Part shown: piece by piece, positions 8,389 through 18,450 of the stretch
Numbering within the stretch: the stretch's first letter is position 1
Layout of the letters: each line of letters opens with the position of its first letter
NCBI GenBank assembly: GCA_964582645.1
Contig: CAZOTB010000007.1
Coordinates: 7,940-71,939 of the forward strand
Length of the DNA stretch: 64,000 nt
Source: an uncultured Verrucomicrobiota bacterium
Lineage (GTDB): Bacteria; Verrucomicrobiota; Verrucomicrobiia; Palsa-1439; CAZOTB01
Direction of reading: 5' to 3'
The notes under the pieces: generated by a model
What the model was told of the DNA's origin: nothing
The model's database searches: none
The model's input: only the letters and a program-made list of their open reading frames with translations
Program-made: the position numbers and the translations under genes

Positions 8389-10011
8389 TTGCGGAGGAAC
8401 ATTGTAGTCACAATTCTGTTGGGTCTGGCAAGCGCGGCAATCGCGCTGGCACAGACCGATTCGCCCCCGGGCCGCGTGGCGCTCCCTTCGGCGAGAATCG
8501 TTCTGGATTGGAAATACGCACCCCACCCGCCCTCTGTGTTGTCGGTTAGTCCGGGAACTGTTCAGTTTGCGGAAACGACCGTCGGCGCTGCCGTCAGCCG
8601 GGACGTTCGTCTCGCCAATACCGGCCGCGAGATTCTGATCGGCACAGTCGAGAGCCGGGGCGACTTCCGGATTGTCGCCAACGCCCCGTATGTTCTCGCG
8701 CCCGGCGAAGCTCGCAGCTTCGCGGTGGAGTTTGTGCCGCGGAAACCCGGCGAGCATAGCGGCTACCTCATCTTCCGAGGTGAACACGGCGCGGTCAGCC
8801 TCCTCAACGGCACGGCGGTCGCCGCCCCCACGATTGCGCGTCCCGCGGCGGCGGTCGTTCCCGAGATTCTCGCTCTCGGCGGGGGCACCTCCTTCCTGCT
8901 TCGCTGGCAGAGCGAGCCCGGTCGCGATTACCAGGTTTGGTTCAGCGAAGACCTTGTTCATTGGACCCGCGCAGGCAATCCGGCCGCGGCAAATGGAACC
9001 ACAATGAGCTTCCACGATGACGGCAGCGTGATTGCCCTCCCGCCCGTGGCGGCGCAGTCGCGATTCTACCGCGTCGGTGATTCGGGAGGGATCGTCGGTT
9101 TCCGTCGCGTACAGTTGGCCGGCTCCGACACGCCCTTGAGCGTGCCGTTCCTGAAAGCAATCGTGGCGCAGGGCTCAATTGACGGCGTGAACACCTGCTC
9201 CATCGCCGACACCGGTGCTGCGCTCCGCCCCGGGCAGTTTCGGTTCGATGCCGCGGGCGCGGCGGAGACGTATGCGTTGACGATCAGCTCCGGCACGCAG
9301 GCAGGCCGATGGTTTCTCATCACCGACAACGACGCGCAGACCATTACGGTCGAGGACGCGGAAGGCAACTGCGCTCTCCTGCAACCCGGCGACAAATACA
9401 TCGTGCATCCATTGCAGCGCATCGCCGACGTGTTCGGGCCGCCGAACGATCCGTCCCTCGGTCGGGACGATCAGATTTTCCTGTGGGATGTCGCCTCGCA
9501 GAGTTACGACGCCCCGATCACGTTGGGACACAGTTCAGCGGACAACCGCGACGCGTGGGTGCAGGGCGTGGACGTGGCTGATGCCGTGCCGCTGCTGCCC
9601 GGCGAGGGGATGCTCGTCAAGCGCGGCGGCGGCGGCAGACGGGAGTTGCTGTTGCTTGGCGCGGTCTCGCCCGTGCCCACGCTTCAACCGATTTCCCCGG
9701 GCAACAATCTTGTCGGCCAGCCCTGGCCCGTGCCGCTGCGCGTGGCGGGCAGCGATTTGCTTTCGTCGGGCTTCGCAGGAGCGCCCACCTTCAACGCGGC
9801 TGACAAGCTCTATTTGCTGAACGGCAAACGGAGCGGGTTCAAAACCGTCCTTTGGTTCAACACTGCCCTCAAGCGCTGGCTCTCGCCCGAGGGCAACGTG
9901 CGTCCCATGCAGGTCGAATTGCCGCCTTGCAGCGCGTTGTTCATTCAGCGCAACCGCGTGAGCGGGTTCGAGTGGCTGCAGAAGCCGCCCGCCGCGCATG
10001 CCTCGGAATAG
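8389..10011 (+). CDS. Secreted mosaic protein: signal peptide, ASH/choice-of-anchor-D-like Ig domain, TIGR02597-like C-terminal region
   Basis: TTG start gives MRRNIVVTILLGLASAAIALA. Ig-like segment LSVSPGTVQFAETTVG..LAPGEARSFAVEFVP. Internal YQVWFSEDLVHW..RFYRV motif, then VGFRRVQLAGSDTPLSVPF. Confidence 0.65.
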   Translation: MRRNIVVTILLGLASAAIALAQTDSPPGRVALPSARIVLDWKYAPHPPSVLSVSPGTVQFAETTVGAAVSRDVRLANTGREILIGTVESRGDFRIVANAPYVLAPGEARSFAVEFVPRKPGEHSGYLIFRGEHGAVSLLNGTAVAAPTIARPAAAVVPEILALGGGTSFLLRWQSEPGRDYQVWFSEDLVHWTRAGNPAAANGTTMSFHDDGSVIALPPVAAQSRFYRVGDSGGIVGFRRVQLAGSDTPLSVPFLKAIVAQGSIDGVNTCSIADTGAALRPGQFRFDAAGAAETYALTISSGTQAGRWFLITDNDAQTITVEDAEGNCALLQPGDKYIVHPLQRIADVFGPPNDPSLGRDDQIFLWDVASQSYDAPITLGHSSADNRDAWVQGVDVADAVPLLPGEGMLVKRGGGGRRELLLLGAVSPVPTLQPISPGNNLVGQPWPVPLRVAGSDLLSSGFAGAPTFNAADKLYLLNGKRSGFKTVLWFNTALKRWLSPEGNVRPMQVELPPCSALFIQRNRVSGFEWLQKPPAAHASE

Positions 10012-10039
10012 TCGGCCTGAGCCCGCGCCGACTTCATCT

Positions 10040-11482
10040 TCAATTCGGCATCGTGACGTTGAGGAACGTCGTCGCGCCCTGGCGCACCTCGACGAGTTGG
10101 CCGCGCGGATCGAACGTCAGCAACACCTCGCCCGGCTGATCGGGGTCGTTGTCGAACTCGATCTCGCCCTCCTCCTCGCCGGCGACCAGTTGCACGGTGA
10201 TTGTGCCGCGCACGATTCCGCCCACGAGCAATTCATAGTCGCCGACCGGCAAGTCCTCAATCTCCACGCGAAAATCTCGGTCGCAATCGGTCTCCTGACG
10301 AAACCGCGCCTTCCCTTTCGCATCGCCGTCTGCTCCGGTGTTCGTGAATGAAGGCTCCACATCCATGACGTCACAGGTGCCGCCCGAAGGCGTGCCGAGA
10401 TTCGTCGAGAGGAAGACAGTGGTGGCCTGTTTGACCTCGATCATCTGGCCCGCGGGGTCGAAGTCGAGAGGCAGATCGTTCGGATCATCCGGGTGCGTGG
10501 TGAATTCGACTTCCCCCTCTACGCTCATGTCGAACTGGACGGCGACGTGGATGGTGCCGCGCAACACGCCGCCCACGTAGAGGTCGTAGCTGCCGATCGG
10601 CAGGTCTTCGACCTCCACACGGAAATCGCGACGACAGTCGTCGCGAGTGCGAAGACGCGCGTCGCCCGAGGCGTCGGGGTCGGGGCCGACGTTGGTGAAC
10701 GCGGTCGTGGTTTCGCTCGGCGAACAAACGTTGACGCCCGGTGCGGAGGCGAGCAGTGTACCGGTGAGGATGATGTCGTTGTTCTGAGCCACCTGGATCA
10801 ATTTGCCAAACGGATCGAAGGTCAGCGGCAGTTTGCCGGGGTCGCTCGTGGAGAATTCGATCTGCCCCTCGCCGGCAACCACGTTGATCGTCCCGCGCAG
10901 AACGCCATCCACCAGCAAGTCGTAAGAGCCATCGGATACATCCTCGATCTCGACCTCGAAATCCTGCCTGCCTGCCTTGGTCTTCAGCTCCGCGTGACCG
11001 CTGGCGCCGGGCTGGATGCCGGTCGCGGTGAGGTTGACTCGTTCGCTGGCGACGACATTGGTTGGGTTGCCGCTTCCGTCGTCGTTGCTGCAAATCGAAT
11101 TGTCGCTGGCGTCTCTGACCTCGATCACCTCGCCGCGTGGATCAAAATCGAGCAGCTTGCTCTTACCGGAAGCAGAACCGTTCTGAAATTGCACGGTGGC
11201 GGAACCATTGGGGCTGGTCGTGAATGTGGTGCGTTCGACGCCGCCGACCATCAATCGCAATTCGCTGCTACCGGGCCCGCCTTTGATTTGCAGTTTCATG
11301 CGGGCGGTGCCGCGCGTGCTTTTGAAGTCCACCAGGCCGGTGGCGTCGTCGTCGCCGCTCCCATGCGACAACGTCATCCGCACCTTCGAGTTCTCCGGCA
11401 CCGAGCGGGCCATCGAGACCGCGGGCGCGATAAGGAGCGCCGTCGCCATCCAGACCAATCCGAGTTTCCATTGCTGATTCAT
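10040..11482 (-). CDS. Secreted protein with four tandem ~100-115 aa beta-rich repeats, function unknown
   Basis: GGAGG RBS, then signal peptide MNQQWKLGLVWMATALLIAPAVSMA. Repeat consensus A.G.A...DF.VEIEDL..G.Y.L.VGG..RGTI.V..G..EF...L.FDP.G..IEV. Confidence 0.8.
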   Translation of the reverse strand: MNQQWKLGLVWMATALLIAPAVSMARSVPENSKVRMTLSHGSGDDDATGLVDFKSTRGTARMKLQIKGGPGSSELRLMVGGVERTTFTTSPNGSATVQFQNGSASGKSKLLDFDPRGEVIEVRDASDNSICSNDDGSGNPTNVVASERVNLTATGIQPGASGHAELKTKAGRQDFEVEIEDVSDGSYDLLVDGVLRGTINVVAGEGQIEFSTSDPGKLPLTFDPFGKLIQVAQNNDIILTGTLLASAPGVNVCSPSETTTAFTNVGPDPDASGDARLRTRDDCRRDFRVEVEDLPIGSYDLYVGGVLRGTIHVAVQFDMSVEGEVEFTTHPDDPNDLPLDFDPAGQMIEVKQATTVFLSTNLGTPSGGTCDVMDVEPSFTNTGADGDAKGKARFRQETDCDRDFRVEIEDLPVGDYELLVGGIVRGTITVQLVAGEEEGEIEFDNDPDQPGEVLLTFDPRGQLVEVRQGATTFLNVTMPN

Positions 11483-11554
11483 GATTCTGATCCTCCGCAC
11501 TAAATGCTGCTGTTCCTGCTTTGTTTCGGGCGGCTCACGCCTGCCTTTGTAATA

Positions 11555-11582
11555 CAGAGTCTCGAATGGAGGATTTATTCCC
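11555..11582 (-). promoter_or_regulatory. Putative ECF-type promoter motif GGGAATAAA-N7-TTCG-N3-CTCTG facing the four-repeat gene
   Basis: Identically spaced copy on the + strand at 11667-11694. Confidence 0.5.
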
Positions 11583-11666
11583 GGTGTACTTGGGTCCACT
11601 CTGCAGACTGGTCATTCGAAGCCCTTCTGTGTAATTTCCCGCCAAGCGATGGCTGGATTTGCCCTG

Positions 11667-11694
11667 GGGAATAAAGTCGGGTTTCGTGGCTCTG
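11667..11694 (+). promoter_or_regulatory. Putative ECF-type promoter motif GGGAATAAA-N7-TTCG-N3-CTCTG facing the sigma gene
   Basis: Second copy of the motif. Ends directly at the ATG (11695), which is closer than expected for a -10 element. Confidence 0.45.
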
Positions 11695-12231
11695 ATGAGT
11701 GACACCAACACAGGTTCGGCAGGGCTGGACTTTGAGCGGATTGTCCAGGAGCACTATCACGTGCTCTACCAATTCGCCATGGGACTGACCCGCAACGAAA
11801 CGGAGGCGAGCGATTTGACGCAAGAGACGTTCTATCTGTGGGGCACGAAGGGGCACATGCTGCGTGATCCTTCCAAGGTGCGGTCCTGGTTGTTCACGAC
11901 GCTGCACCGGGATTTCCTCAAGTCGCGGCGGCGGCAGAACCGATTTCCGGAACAGGAACTGAGCGCGGCGGAGTCTGAGTTGCCCAGCGTCTCGCCCGCG
12001 ATGGTGGACCAGATGGATTCGCAGACCGTGATGGACACGTTGGGCCGAGTGGATGATTCCTATCGAGCCGCCCTCACATTATTTTACCTCGAAGATTTCT
12101 CGTATCAGCAAATCGCCGAGACGCTGGAGATTCCGATCGGTACGGTCATGTCACGCATCGCACGCGGACGTGCACAACTGCAGCGGATGTTGCTCGAGGC
12201 GAAGCCGGCACAGGAGAGCCAACGTGGATAG
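11695..12231 (+). CDS. ECF RNA polymerase sigma factor
   Basis: Region 2 ASDLTQETFY..VRSWLFTTLH. Region 4 SYQQIAETLEIPIGTVMSRIARGR. Confidence 0.93.
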   Translation: MSDTNTGSAGLDFERIVQEHYHVLYQFAMGLTRNETEASDLTQETFYLWGTKGHMLRDPSKVRSWLFTTLHRDFLKSRRRQNRFPEQELSAAESELPSVSPAMVDQMDSQTVMDTLGRVDDSYRAALTLFYLEDFSYQQIAETLEIPIGTVMSRIARGRAQLQRMLLEAKPAQESQRG

Positions 12232-12958
12232 TCAACAAGCCAGAGACATCCTGCTCGCCTACCGTGCCGGCACGTCGGACGCGAACAATCCCAGCGTGGC
12301 CCAAGCGCTCGACCTGGCCCGGCGCGATCCGGAGCTGGCCCATTGGCTTGAAGAACAGAATGCGCTGTACCGCAGCATCCGGGCGAAACTGAAGGCCGGG
12401 CGCGCGCCGGACGATCTCAGAGAGCGAATCCTCGCGAGTCGAAAGATTGTCCGAGTCGCGTTCTGGCGACGCAACCCGGTCTGGCTGGCTGCGGCGGCGA
12501 TCTTTGTCCTGTTGATCGGTGCCGCGATGATGCTGCTGAACGTGCGTTCCGCGTCCGACTTCAACTCCTACCGGAGCGAGATGGTCCGGTTCGTGGCGCA
12601 GGGCTACAAGATGGATGTGGAGGTCGAGAGTTTCGCGGCGCTGCAACGCGTGTTCAAGGAGAAGCATTGGCCATTCGAGTACGAGGTGCCGAAACCGCTC
12701 CAAGCAGTGCCGCTCGAAGGCGGTTGCGCCCACACATGGCGGGGCCATCGGGTCAGCCTGCTGTGTTTCGAGACGACGGACCACAAAGATATCTGGCTCT
12801 TCGTCGTCGAGCGGGCAGCGGTGCCTCATCCGCTCGCGACCGGCTCGATTGCATTCGACAACGTGGGAGGACTGCCCACCGCCGCGTGGGTCATGGGCAG
12901 CAAACTCTACCTGCTGACAGGCGAAGTGGACGCCGAGACGCTCAAACGGCTGCTGTGA
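12224..12958 (+). CDS. Putative membrane-anchored anti-sigma factor
   Basis: GTG overlaps the sigma stop, with GGAG RBS. Short cytoplasmic N-terminus, single TM (WLAAAAIFVLLIGAAMMLL), then a C-terminal domain. Confidence 0.7.
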   Translation: MDSQQARDILLAYRAGTSDANNPSVAQALDLARRDPELAHWLEEQNALYRSIRAKLKAGRAPDDLRERILASRKIVRVAFWRRNPVWLAAAAIFVLLIGAAMMLLNVRSASDFNSYRSEMVRFVAQGYKMDVEVESFAALQRVFKEKHWPFEYEVPKPLQAVPLEGGCAHTWRGHRVSLLCFETTDHKDIWLFVVERAAVPHPLATGSIAFDNVGGLPTAAWVMGSKLYLLTGEVDAETLKRLL

Positions 12959-13548
12959 GCAAACTCGTTCAACAAACAAAAGTCCCGGCAATGTCGGCGC
13001 GGGCTTTCACGGTTTCTGCGGGACAGCGGGTGCGGATCGTGGACGTAGCCGGAGGCCAGCCGGGCGATTTGGTCGCGTTCAATGCCCACGACCTCGCGGA
13101 GCGATTCAGCCAGGCCCGCACCCGGGTCGAGAATCGCACCTGCCGCGTCCGCGCCGGGCATCAACTCTGGAGCGAGGCACAACCGCCGCGCGTGATGTTC
13201 TCCATCACCGACGCCACGGTGGGCGACCATGACCTGCTTTACACTCCCTGCTGCCGGTATGCGCTGGCGAAAAGGTTCGGCGTCTCGCGCGATGGATGCC
13301 TCGAACATCTGGCCGTTGCGCTCGCGCCGTGGCGCATTTCGATCGCGCAGGTGCCCGATCCGTTAAACCTGTTTTTCCATGTTGAAGTGAACACGGATGG
13401 TTCGCTGCGCATCGGCACGCCGTCCTCGCGTCCGGGCGATGTCGTGGAACTTCGCGCCGAGATGGACGCGCTTATCGCGGTTTCGACATGCTCCGTGCCG
13501 ATCCCGGGCCGGGACAATTCGCCGTACACGATCGAAGTGTGGGACTGA
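12955..13548 (+). CDS. DUF1989 / urea carboxylase-associated family protein (start 12955 or 12991)
   Basis: AFTVSAGQRVRIVDVAGGQPGDLVAF, HDLLYTPCC, GCLEHL, PDPLNLF, SRPGDVVELRAEMDALIAVSTCS. Confidence 0.85.
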   Translation: MSKLVQQTKVPAMSARAFTVSAGQRVRIVDVAGGQPGDLVAFNAHDLAERFSQARTRVENRTCRVRAGHQLWSEAQPPRVMFSITDATVGDHDLLYTPCCRYALAKRFGVSRDGCLEHLAVALAPWRISIAQVPDPLNLFFHVEVNTDGSLRIGTPSSRPGDVVELRAEMDALIAVSTCSVPIPGRDNSPYTIEVWD

Positions 13549-13660
13549 TGTGCTGAGTTTCCGATCGACTTGTTCCTGACGGTCATTGTGTCAGCCGGTG
13601 CTTTGCTGCTGCGGCTCCGCTCTTGCAACTTGCCGTCGGTATTGTACCCTCGCCGCCGCT

Positions 13661-15076
13661 ATGCCGTTGAACATCAAAGAAGCGGTCGCCGCGCGACTCG
13701 GCGAGAATTACGAACTCCATGAGAAATACATCAACCCGACGTTGGTGAAGGTGTTTCGCACAATCGGGTTCGACAAGGTGTACACGAAGGCGAAGGGACA
13801 ATACCTCTGGGACAAGGAGGGCAATCGCTACCTCGACATGCTCAGCGGGTTCGGCGTGTTCGGCATCGGGCGCAACCATCCGAAGATCGCCCAGGCCATC
13901 CGCGACGTGCTCGACTTGGACCTGCCCAACATGATCCAGATGGACTGCGCATTCCTCGCCGGCCTGCTGGCCGAGGCGCTGATCAAACGCTGCCCGCCGC
14001 ATCTTGAGGCGGTGTTCTTCTGCAACTCCGGCACCGAGGCGGTCGAGGCGTCGCTCAAGTTCGCACGCGCCGCGACGGGCCGCAGCAAGTTCGCCTACCT
14101 CGATCATGGCTGGCACGGACTAACGATGGGTTCGCTTTCCATCATGGGCAACGACGAGTTCCGGGAGGGCTTCGGCGATTTTCTCCCGGGCGAAGTCGTT
14201 CCATACGGCGATCTTGGCGCACTGGATCGTGTCTTGTCGCAAAAGGATGTCGCTGCGTTCGTCGTCGAGTGTGTTCAGGGCAAGGGGGTGCGAATTCCGA
14301 GCGACCATTTCCTTCCCGCGGCACAGGAGATCTGCCGCAAGCACGGGACGTTGTTCGTGTGCGATGAAGTGCAGACCGGCTACGGTCGCACGGGCAAGCT
14401 GTTCGCATTTCAACACTGGAATCTCGAGCCCGACATCATCAGCACGAGCAAGGCTCTCAGCGGCGGGTATGTTCCCGTCGGGGCGATGATCACGAGGCGC
14501 TGGATTTACCAGAAAGTCTTTCATCGCATGGATCGCTGTTGGGTTCATTCCTCCAGTTTTGGACGCAACAATCTCGGCATGGCCGTCGGCCTCGCCACCT
14601 TGAACGTCCTCGACGAGGAAAACCTGATTGAGCGATGCGCGACGCAAGGGAAGAAGTTGATTGACGCCGTCAACGGCCTCAAAGCCAAACACGAAGTGTT
14701 GATGGAAGCGCGCGGCAAGGGGTTGATGATTGGCATCGAATTCCATGAACCGAAGAGCCTCAAGCTCAAGATGGCTTGGAAGATGATTCACGCAGCGCAC
14801 GACGGCTTGTTCGCGCAGATGGTCGTGATGCCGCTCCTGCAAAAGCATCACGTGCTGACGCAGGTCAGCGGCAACCACGGCGACATCATTCGCATCCTCC
14901 CGCCGTTCGTCCTCAGCGACGAGGACATCCAGTACTTCGTGAACGCGCTCGACGATATCTTGAGCGATTGCCACAAACTTCCCGGCCCGATGTGGGACCT
15001 CGGCACCAACCTCGTCAAAGTCGCGCTTTCGCAGAAGGGCAGGAAGGAGCCCGAGCCGGTGGCCGCTGCACGCTAA
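13661..15076 (+). CDS. hpnO: Class III aminotransferase, HpnO-like (aminobacteriohopanetriol biosynthesis)
   Basis: YLDMLSGFGVFGIGRNHP, DLPNMIQMD, NSGTEAVEA, DEVQTG, PLP Lys in SKALSGG. HpnO-typical tail EFHEPKSLKLKMAW..GLFAQM..H.LPGPMWDLG. Confidence 0.7.
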   Translation: MPLNIKEAVAARLGENYELHEKYINPTLVKVFRTIGFDKVYTKAKGQYLWDKEGNRYLDMLSGFGVFGIGRNHPKIAQAIRDVLDLDLPNMIQMDCAFLAGLLAEALIKRCPPHLEAVFFCNSGTEAVEASLKFARAATGRSKFAYLDHGWHGLTMGSLSIMGNDEFREGFGDFLPGEVVPYGDLGALDRVLSQKDVAAFVVECVQGKGVRIPSDHFLPAAQEICRKHGTLFVCDEVQTGYGRTGKLFAFQHWNLEPDIISTSKALSGGYVPVGAMITRRWIYQKVFHRMDRCWVHSSSFGRNNLGMAVGLATLNVLDEENLIERCATQGKKLIDAVNGLKAKHEVLMEARGKGLMIGIEFHEPKSLKLKMAWKMIHAAHDGLFAQMVVMPLLQKHHVLTQVSGNHGDIIRILPPFVLSDEDIQYFVNALDDILSDCHKLPGPMWDLGTNLVKVALSQKGRKEPEPVAAAR

Positions 15077-15334
15077 CTCCTCACCAGTCGGGTGAGCATT
15101 GACGCCGAAGCGCCAATCTCTGCACTTTCGGAGTTGACCTGCCCTTTGTTGGCTGCTTATTCACCGCCGTCGCGTGAGGGGCGGCTCGAAGCGGCGCTTG
15201 TGGGGAGCTTTCATTTCGTTGCCGGCTTCATCTGCGTCCACGGCGAAAATCAGGAGCCGGAAACAACAACTCACCCCCTAACGGAGAAGAACCTTGGATA
15301 GCGAGTAAGCGACGGGCGTCGTTCAAAAAGTCGC

Positions 15335-17155
15335 TCAGTACTTCCCGTACAACGGCCCGAAGTTGGCGCACGCGCGGAAATCGGCGCCCTGCGGTTCGTT
15401 CGCGCCGAACTCCGTCCACGCGCTCGGACGGAAGATGCGCTCCTCCTCGATGTTGTGCATATAGACGGGAATGCGGAGCATCGCGGCGAGCGTGATCAAC
15501 TCGTGTCCGATGTGCCCGGCGCTGAACGCGCAATGGTTCGCGCCCCAGTTGTTCATCACCGTGTACACGTCGCGGAACGGTCCGCTACCGGTCACGCGTG
15601 GAACGAACCAAGTGGTCGGCCACGTCGGGTTGGTGCGACGATCGAGCACGTCGTGCACGGCATCGGGTAGCTCGACCGTGACACCCTCGGCGATCTGCAA
15701 CGCGGGGCCGAGTCCCTTGATGATGTTGATGCGCGCCGCGGTAATCGGCATGCCGCCGCGGGTGCGGAACCGCGTCGAGAACCCGCCGCCGCGGAAGTAT
15801 TCGAGCACGGCAGGACACCACTCGGTGGCGTTCAGGCACGCGGCCGCCTCGCTCGGCTTGATCTGCCACCACGGTTTCATCGTGGGTTGGCCGTCCGCTT
15901 CCTGCCTGCCGGTGCCGTCGAGCGCGGCGGGACCGCTGTTGATCAAATGCAAGATGCCGCCCGCGGCTTCGCCTTCGAGATCGTGGCCGGTGACTCCTTT
16001 TACCGCGTCGGGACTCCAGTAGGTGCGCACGTCGGCGAACACCTGCGCGCCGCCGGTGAGCAGGTGACCGAAGAGCATCGTCGCGCCATTGAGCGCGTCG
16101 TTCTCGGTGGCGACGATGTACGGCTGCCGAATGCCGTTCCAGTCGAACGACGTGCACAGGATCGCTTCGAGGAAATCGCCGTTCGGGTAATGGTCGGTCC
16201 ACTGGCGCTGCCCCTGGAATCCGCCGGCGATGGAGTTGTGCCCCAGCGCTTCCTCACCGAAGCCGAGCGCCTTGAGCCGGGGATTCCCGATCATCAAGTC
16301 GCGCGCGATCATCGCTGTCTTGACGCAGAACTCCAACTCCGCGTCCTTCTGCTTGCGCGAGCGACGCCTGCCAGGCTTGTTCGGGTCGAAGCCTTCCCGG
16401 CAATTCGCCCGCACCCACCTCAGCGCTGCGGCAAATTCCTTCGGATCGTAAATGCCGCGTGTGATGCGACGAGTGAACTCCGTCATGTCCACGTTCATCA
16501 CGCGCATGCCCAAGTACGCCTCGAAGAATGCCGGGTCCACGACCGAGCCGGCGATGCCCATCGAGGTGCCGCCCATGGCGCAGTACGATTTGCCGCGCAT
16601 GGTCGCCACGGCGATGCCCGCCCGGGCGAACTGCAGCAGCTTCTCCTGCACGTCCTCGGGGATCGTCTGGTCGCCGAGCGGTTTTACGTCGCGACCGTAG
16701 ATGTTGAAAACAGGGTAGCCCTTCTGGTTGTGACCCGCGGACACCGCGGCGAGATAGACCGCGCCGGGACGCTCGGTGCCGTTGAAGCCCCAGACGGCTT
16801 TGGGCACAAGCGGGTCCATGTCCATCGTCTCCGAGCCGTAACACCAACACGGCGTGACGGTGATCGAGACGCCGACGCCCTCCCGGGCAAACTTCTCCGC
16901 GCAGGCCGACGCCTCCGCGATGCCGCCGATACAACGATCGGCGATCACGCACTCGACCTTGGTGCCGTCGGCATGACGCAGCTTCTGGCTGAGCAACCGC
17001 GCGGTATTACGCGCCATGCCCATGACGGCCCCTTCGAGCGATTCGCGGACGCCGCCGAGTCGGGCGTCAATCGTGGGGCGAATGCCAATTTTCGGGTTTG
17101 CGCCCACAAGACGATTGCGGGGCGCGTTGACTTTGAATTCTGATTTGATTGCCAT
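15335..17155 (-). CDS. fucI: L-fucose isomerase
   Basis: [66 protein letters not shown]. Confidence 0.95.
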   Translation of the reverse strand: MAIKSEFKVNAPRNRLVGANPKIGIRPTIDARLGGVRESLEGAVMGMARNTARLLSQKLRHADGTKVECVIADRCIGGIAEASACAEKFAREGVGVSITVTPCWCYGSETMDMDPLVPKAVWGFNGTERPGAVYLAAVSAGHNQKGYPVFNIYGRDVKPLGDQTIPEDVQEKLLQFARAGIAVATMRGKSYCAMGGTSMGIAGSVVDPAFFEAYLGMRVMNVDMTEFTRRITRGIYDPKEFAAALRWVRANCREGFDPNKPGRRRSRKQKDAELEFCVKTAMIARDLMIGNPRLKALGFGEEALGHNSIAGGFQGQRQWTDHYPNGDFLEAILCTSFDWNGIRQPYIVATENDALNGATMLFGHLLTGGAQVFADVRTYWSPDAVKGVTGHDLEGEAAGGILHLINSGPAALDGTGRQEADGQPTMKPWWQIKPSEAAACLNATEWCPAVLEYFRGGGFSTRFRTRGGMPITAARINIIKGLGPALQIAEGVTVELPDAVHDVLDRRTNPTWPTTWFVPRVTGSGPFRDVYTVMNNWGANHCAFSAGHIGHELITLAAMLRIPVYMHNIEEERIFRPSAWTEFGANEPQGADFRACANFGPLYGKY

Positions 17156-17304
17156 AGGAACATCCTTCCAAGTGCGGTTCGTTTCCCTAGCCGCCCGCCA
17201 CTTAGAGGCAGCCGGGGGCGGAATTCAAGAACTTCCTCGTTCAACCCGAGCGGGGTTTTCCATTGCATTGCAGCAAGGCATCCGTACCGTTCCCAATCAG
17301 CACC

Positions 17305-18450
17305 ATGAAATCAATCCGTTCTCACAAACTCAAGAACCGCCACTTCGGCGGCGAATGGTTCGACCGCGTCGAGGATCGGCTGAACTACGACGACCTCATC
17401 GCCGACAAACGGTGGCGCAAAGACTGGATCAGTTTCGATGGAGTCGTCCATCACGCGGCGACCGACCGGGTCTATTGCGGCATCACCAGTTTCGATGCCG
17501 ACATCTTCAAGGTGTTCGACCGCCAGACCGGCAAGTTCGTGGACACCGACTTCGCCAAGGTCGCGAACCCGTACGACGCGAAGTTCCATCGCGCGATGCA
17601 ACTCACGAAGGACGGCAGCACGTTGTACACGGCCACCGCATTGTTGCACGACGTGGACCGGTACTGGGACGCGCCCGGCGGCGGCATCTTCCGTCACGAC
17701 ATCAAGAGCGGCAAAACCGAGAAGCTCGGCATCCCGCTTCCGCACAATTACATTCAGTCCATCGCCCTGGACGAGAAGCGGGGGGTGATCTACTCGATGC
17801 ACTTCACGCCGGAGCGCCTCAGCCGGTTCGAGATCAAGACCGGGGCCGCGCGCGACCTCGGCCCGCTGGGCGGCGGGTTCTTCATGGCGCAAGGCGAGAA
17901 CGTCTGCCTCGACGACGACGGCTGCGCGTGGGTGGGTTGGGGATTGACGCGCGCGTGGCAAAACGGCCCCGGGCCGGATGCGTTTCGTCTATGCAAGTAC
18001 GACCCGCGCAAGGATCAGATCATCTTCTTCAAGACGGGACTGCCCCGAAAAGACGGGGCGTTCGGCTTCGCAAAAGTCGAGGGACTCTTCAACTTCGGCA
18101 CCGGCTGTCTCTACGCATCGGGCGACAACGGTTCGCTCTACCGCATCGAAACGAAAACCGCAAAGGCCACCTATCTTGGCACTCCCATCCGGGAAGCCCG
18201 GTCGCGGCTCACGTCGCTCGTGATGCACGACGGGTACGCGTATGGCGTCACCGGGCGCGACGGCAAATGCCGGCTTCTGCGGTTCGATCCCAAGACGGAC
18301 ACCTACGAACTCGGTCGCGAGATCGTGGACGAAGACGGCGTCGCGATGTGGCAATGCCACGACGTGAGCGTCACCACGGACGGCGTCCTGTTCGCCGGCG
18401 AGAACGATCATCCGCGACGAAGCAGCTATCTTTGGGAGATTCCATTATGA
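17305..18450 (+). CDS. Hypothetical protein, probable beta-propeller
   Basis: Coding-like ORF with repeated four-strand blade-like segments (G.LYTAT, GVIYSMH, GCLYASGDNGSLYRI, GYAYGVT, GVLFAGE). No signal peptide. Confidence 0.65.
   Translation: MKSIRSHKLKNRHFGGEWFDRVEDRLNYDDLIADKRWRKDWISFDGVVHHAATDRVYCGITSFDADIFKVFDRQTGKFVDTDFAKVANPYDAKFHRAMQLTKDGSTLYTATALLHDVDRYWDAPGGGIFRHDIKSGKTEKLGIPLPHNYIQSIALDEKRGVIYSMHFTPERLSRFEIKTGAARDLGPLGGGFFMAQGENVCLDDDGCAWVGWGLTRAWQNGPGPDAFRLCKYDPRKDQIIFFKTGLPRKDGAFGFAKVEGLFNFGTGCLYASGDNGSLYRIETKTAKATYLGTPIREARSRLTSLVMHDGYAYGVTGRDGKCRLLRFDPKTDTYELGREIVDEDGVAMWQCHDVSVTTDGVLFAGENDHPRRSSYLWEIPL

Noticed and set aside
15077-15334. Possible small ORF or ncRNA between hpnO and fucI
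   Set aside because: No recognisable protein motif, RBS or RNA family. Only a weak AGCGAC/GTCGCT hairpin near the fucI stop.
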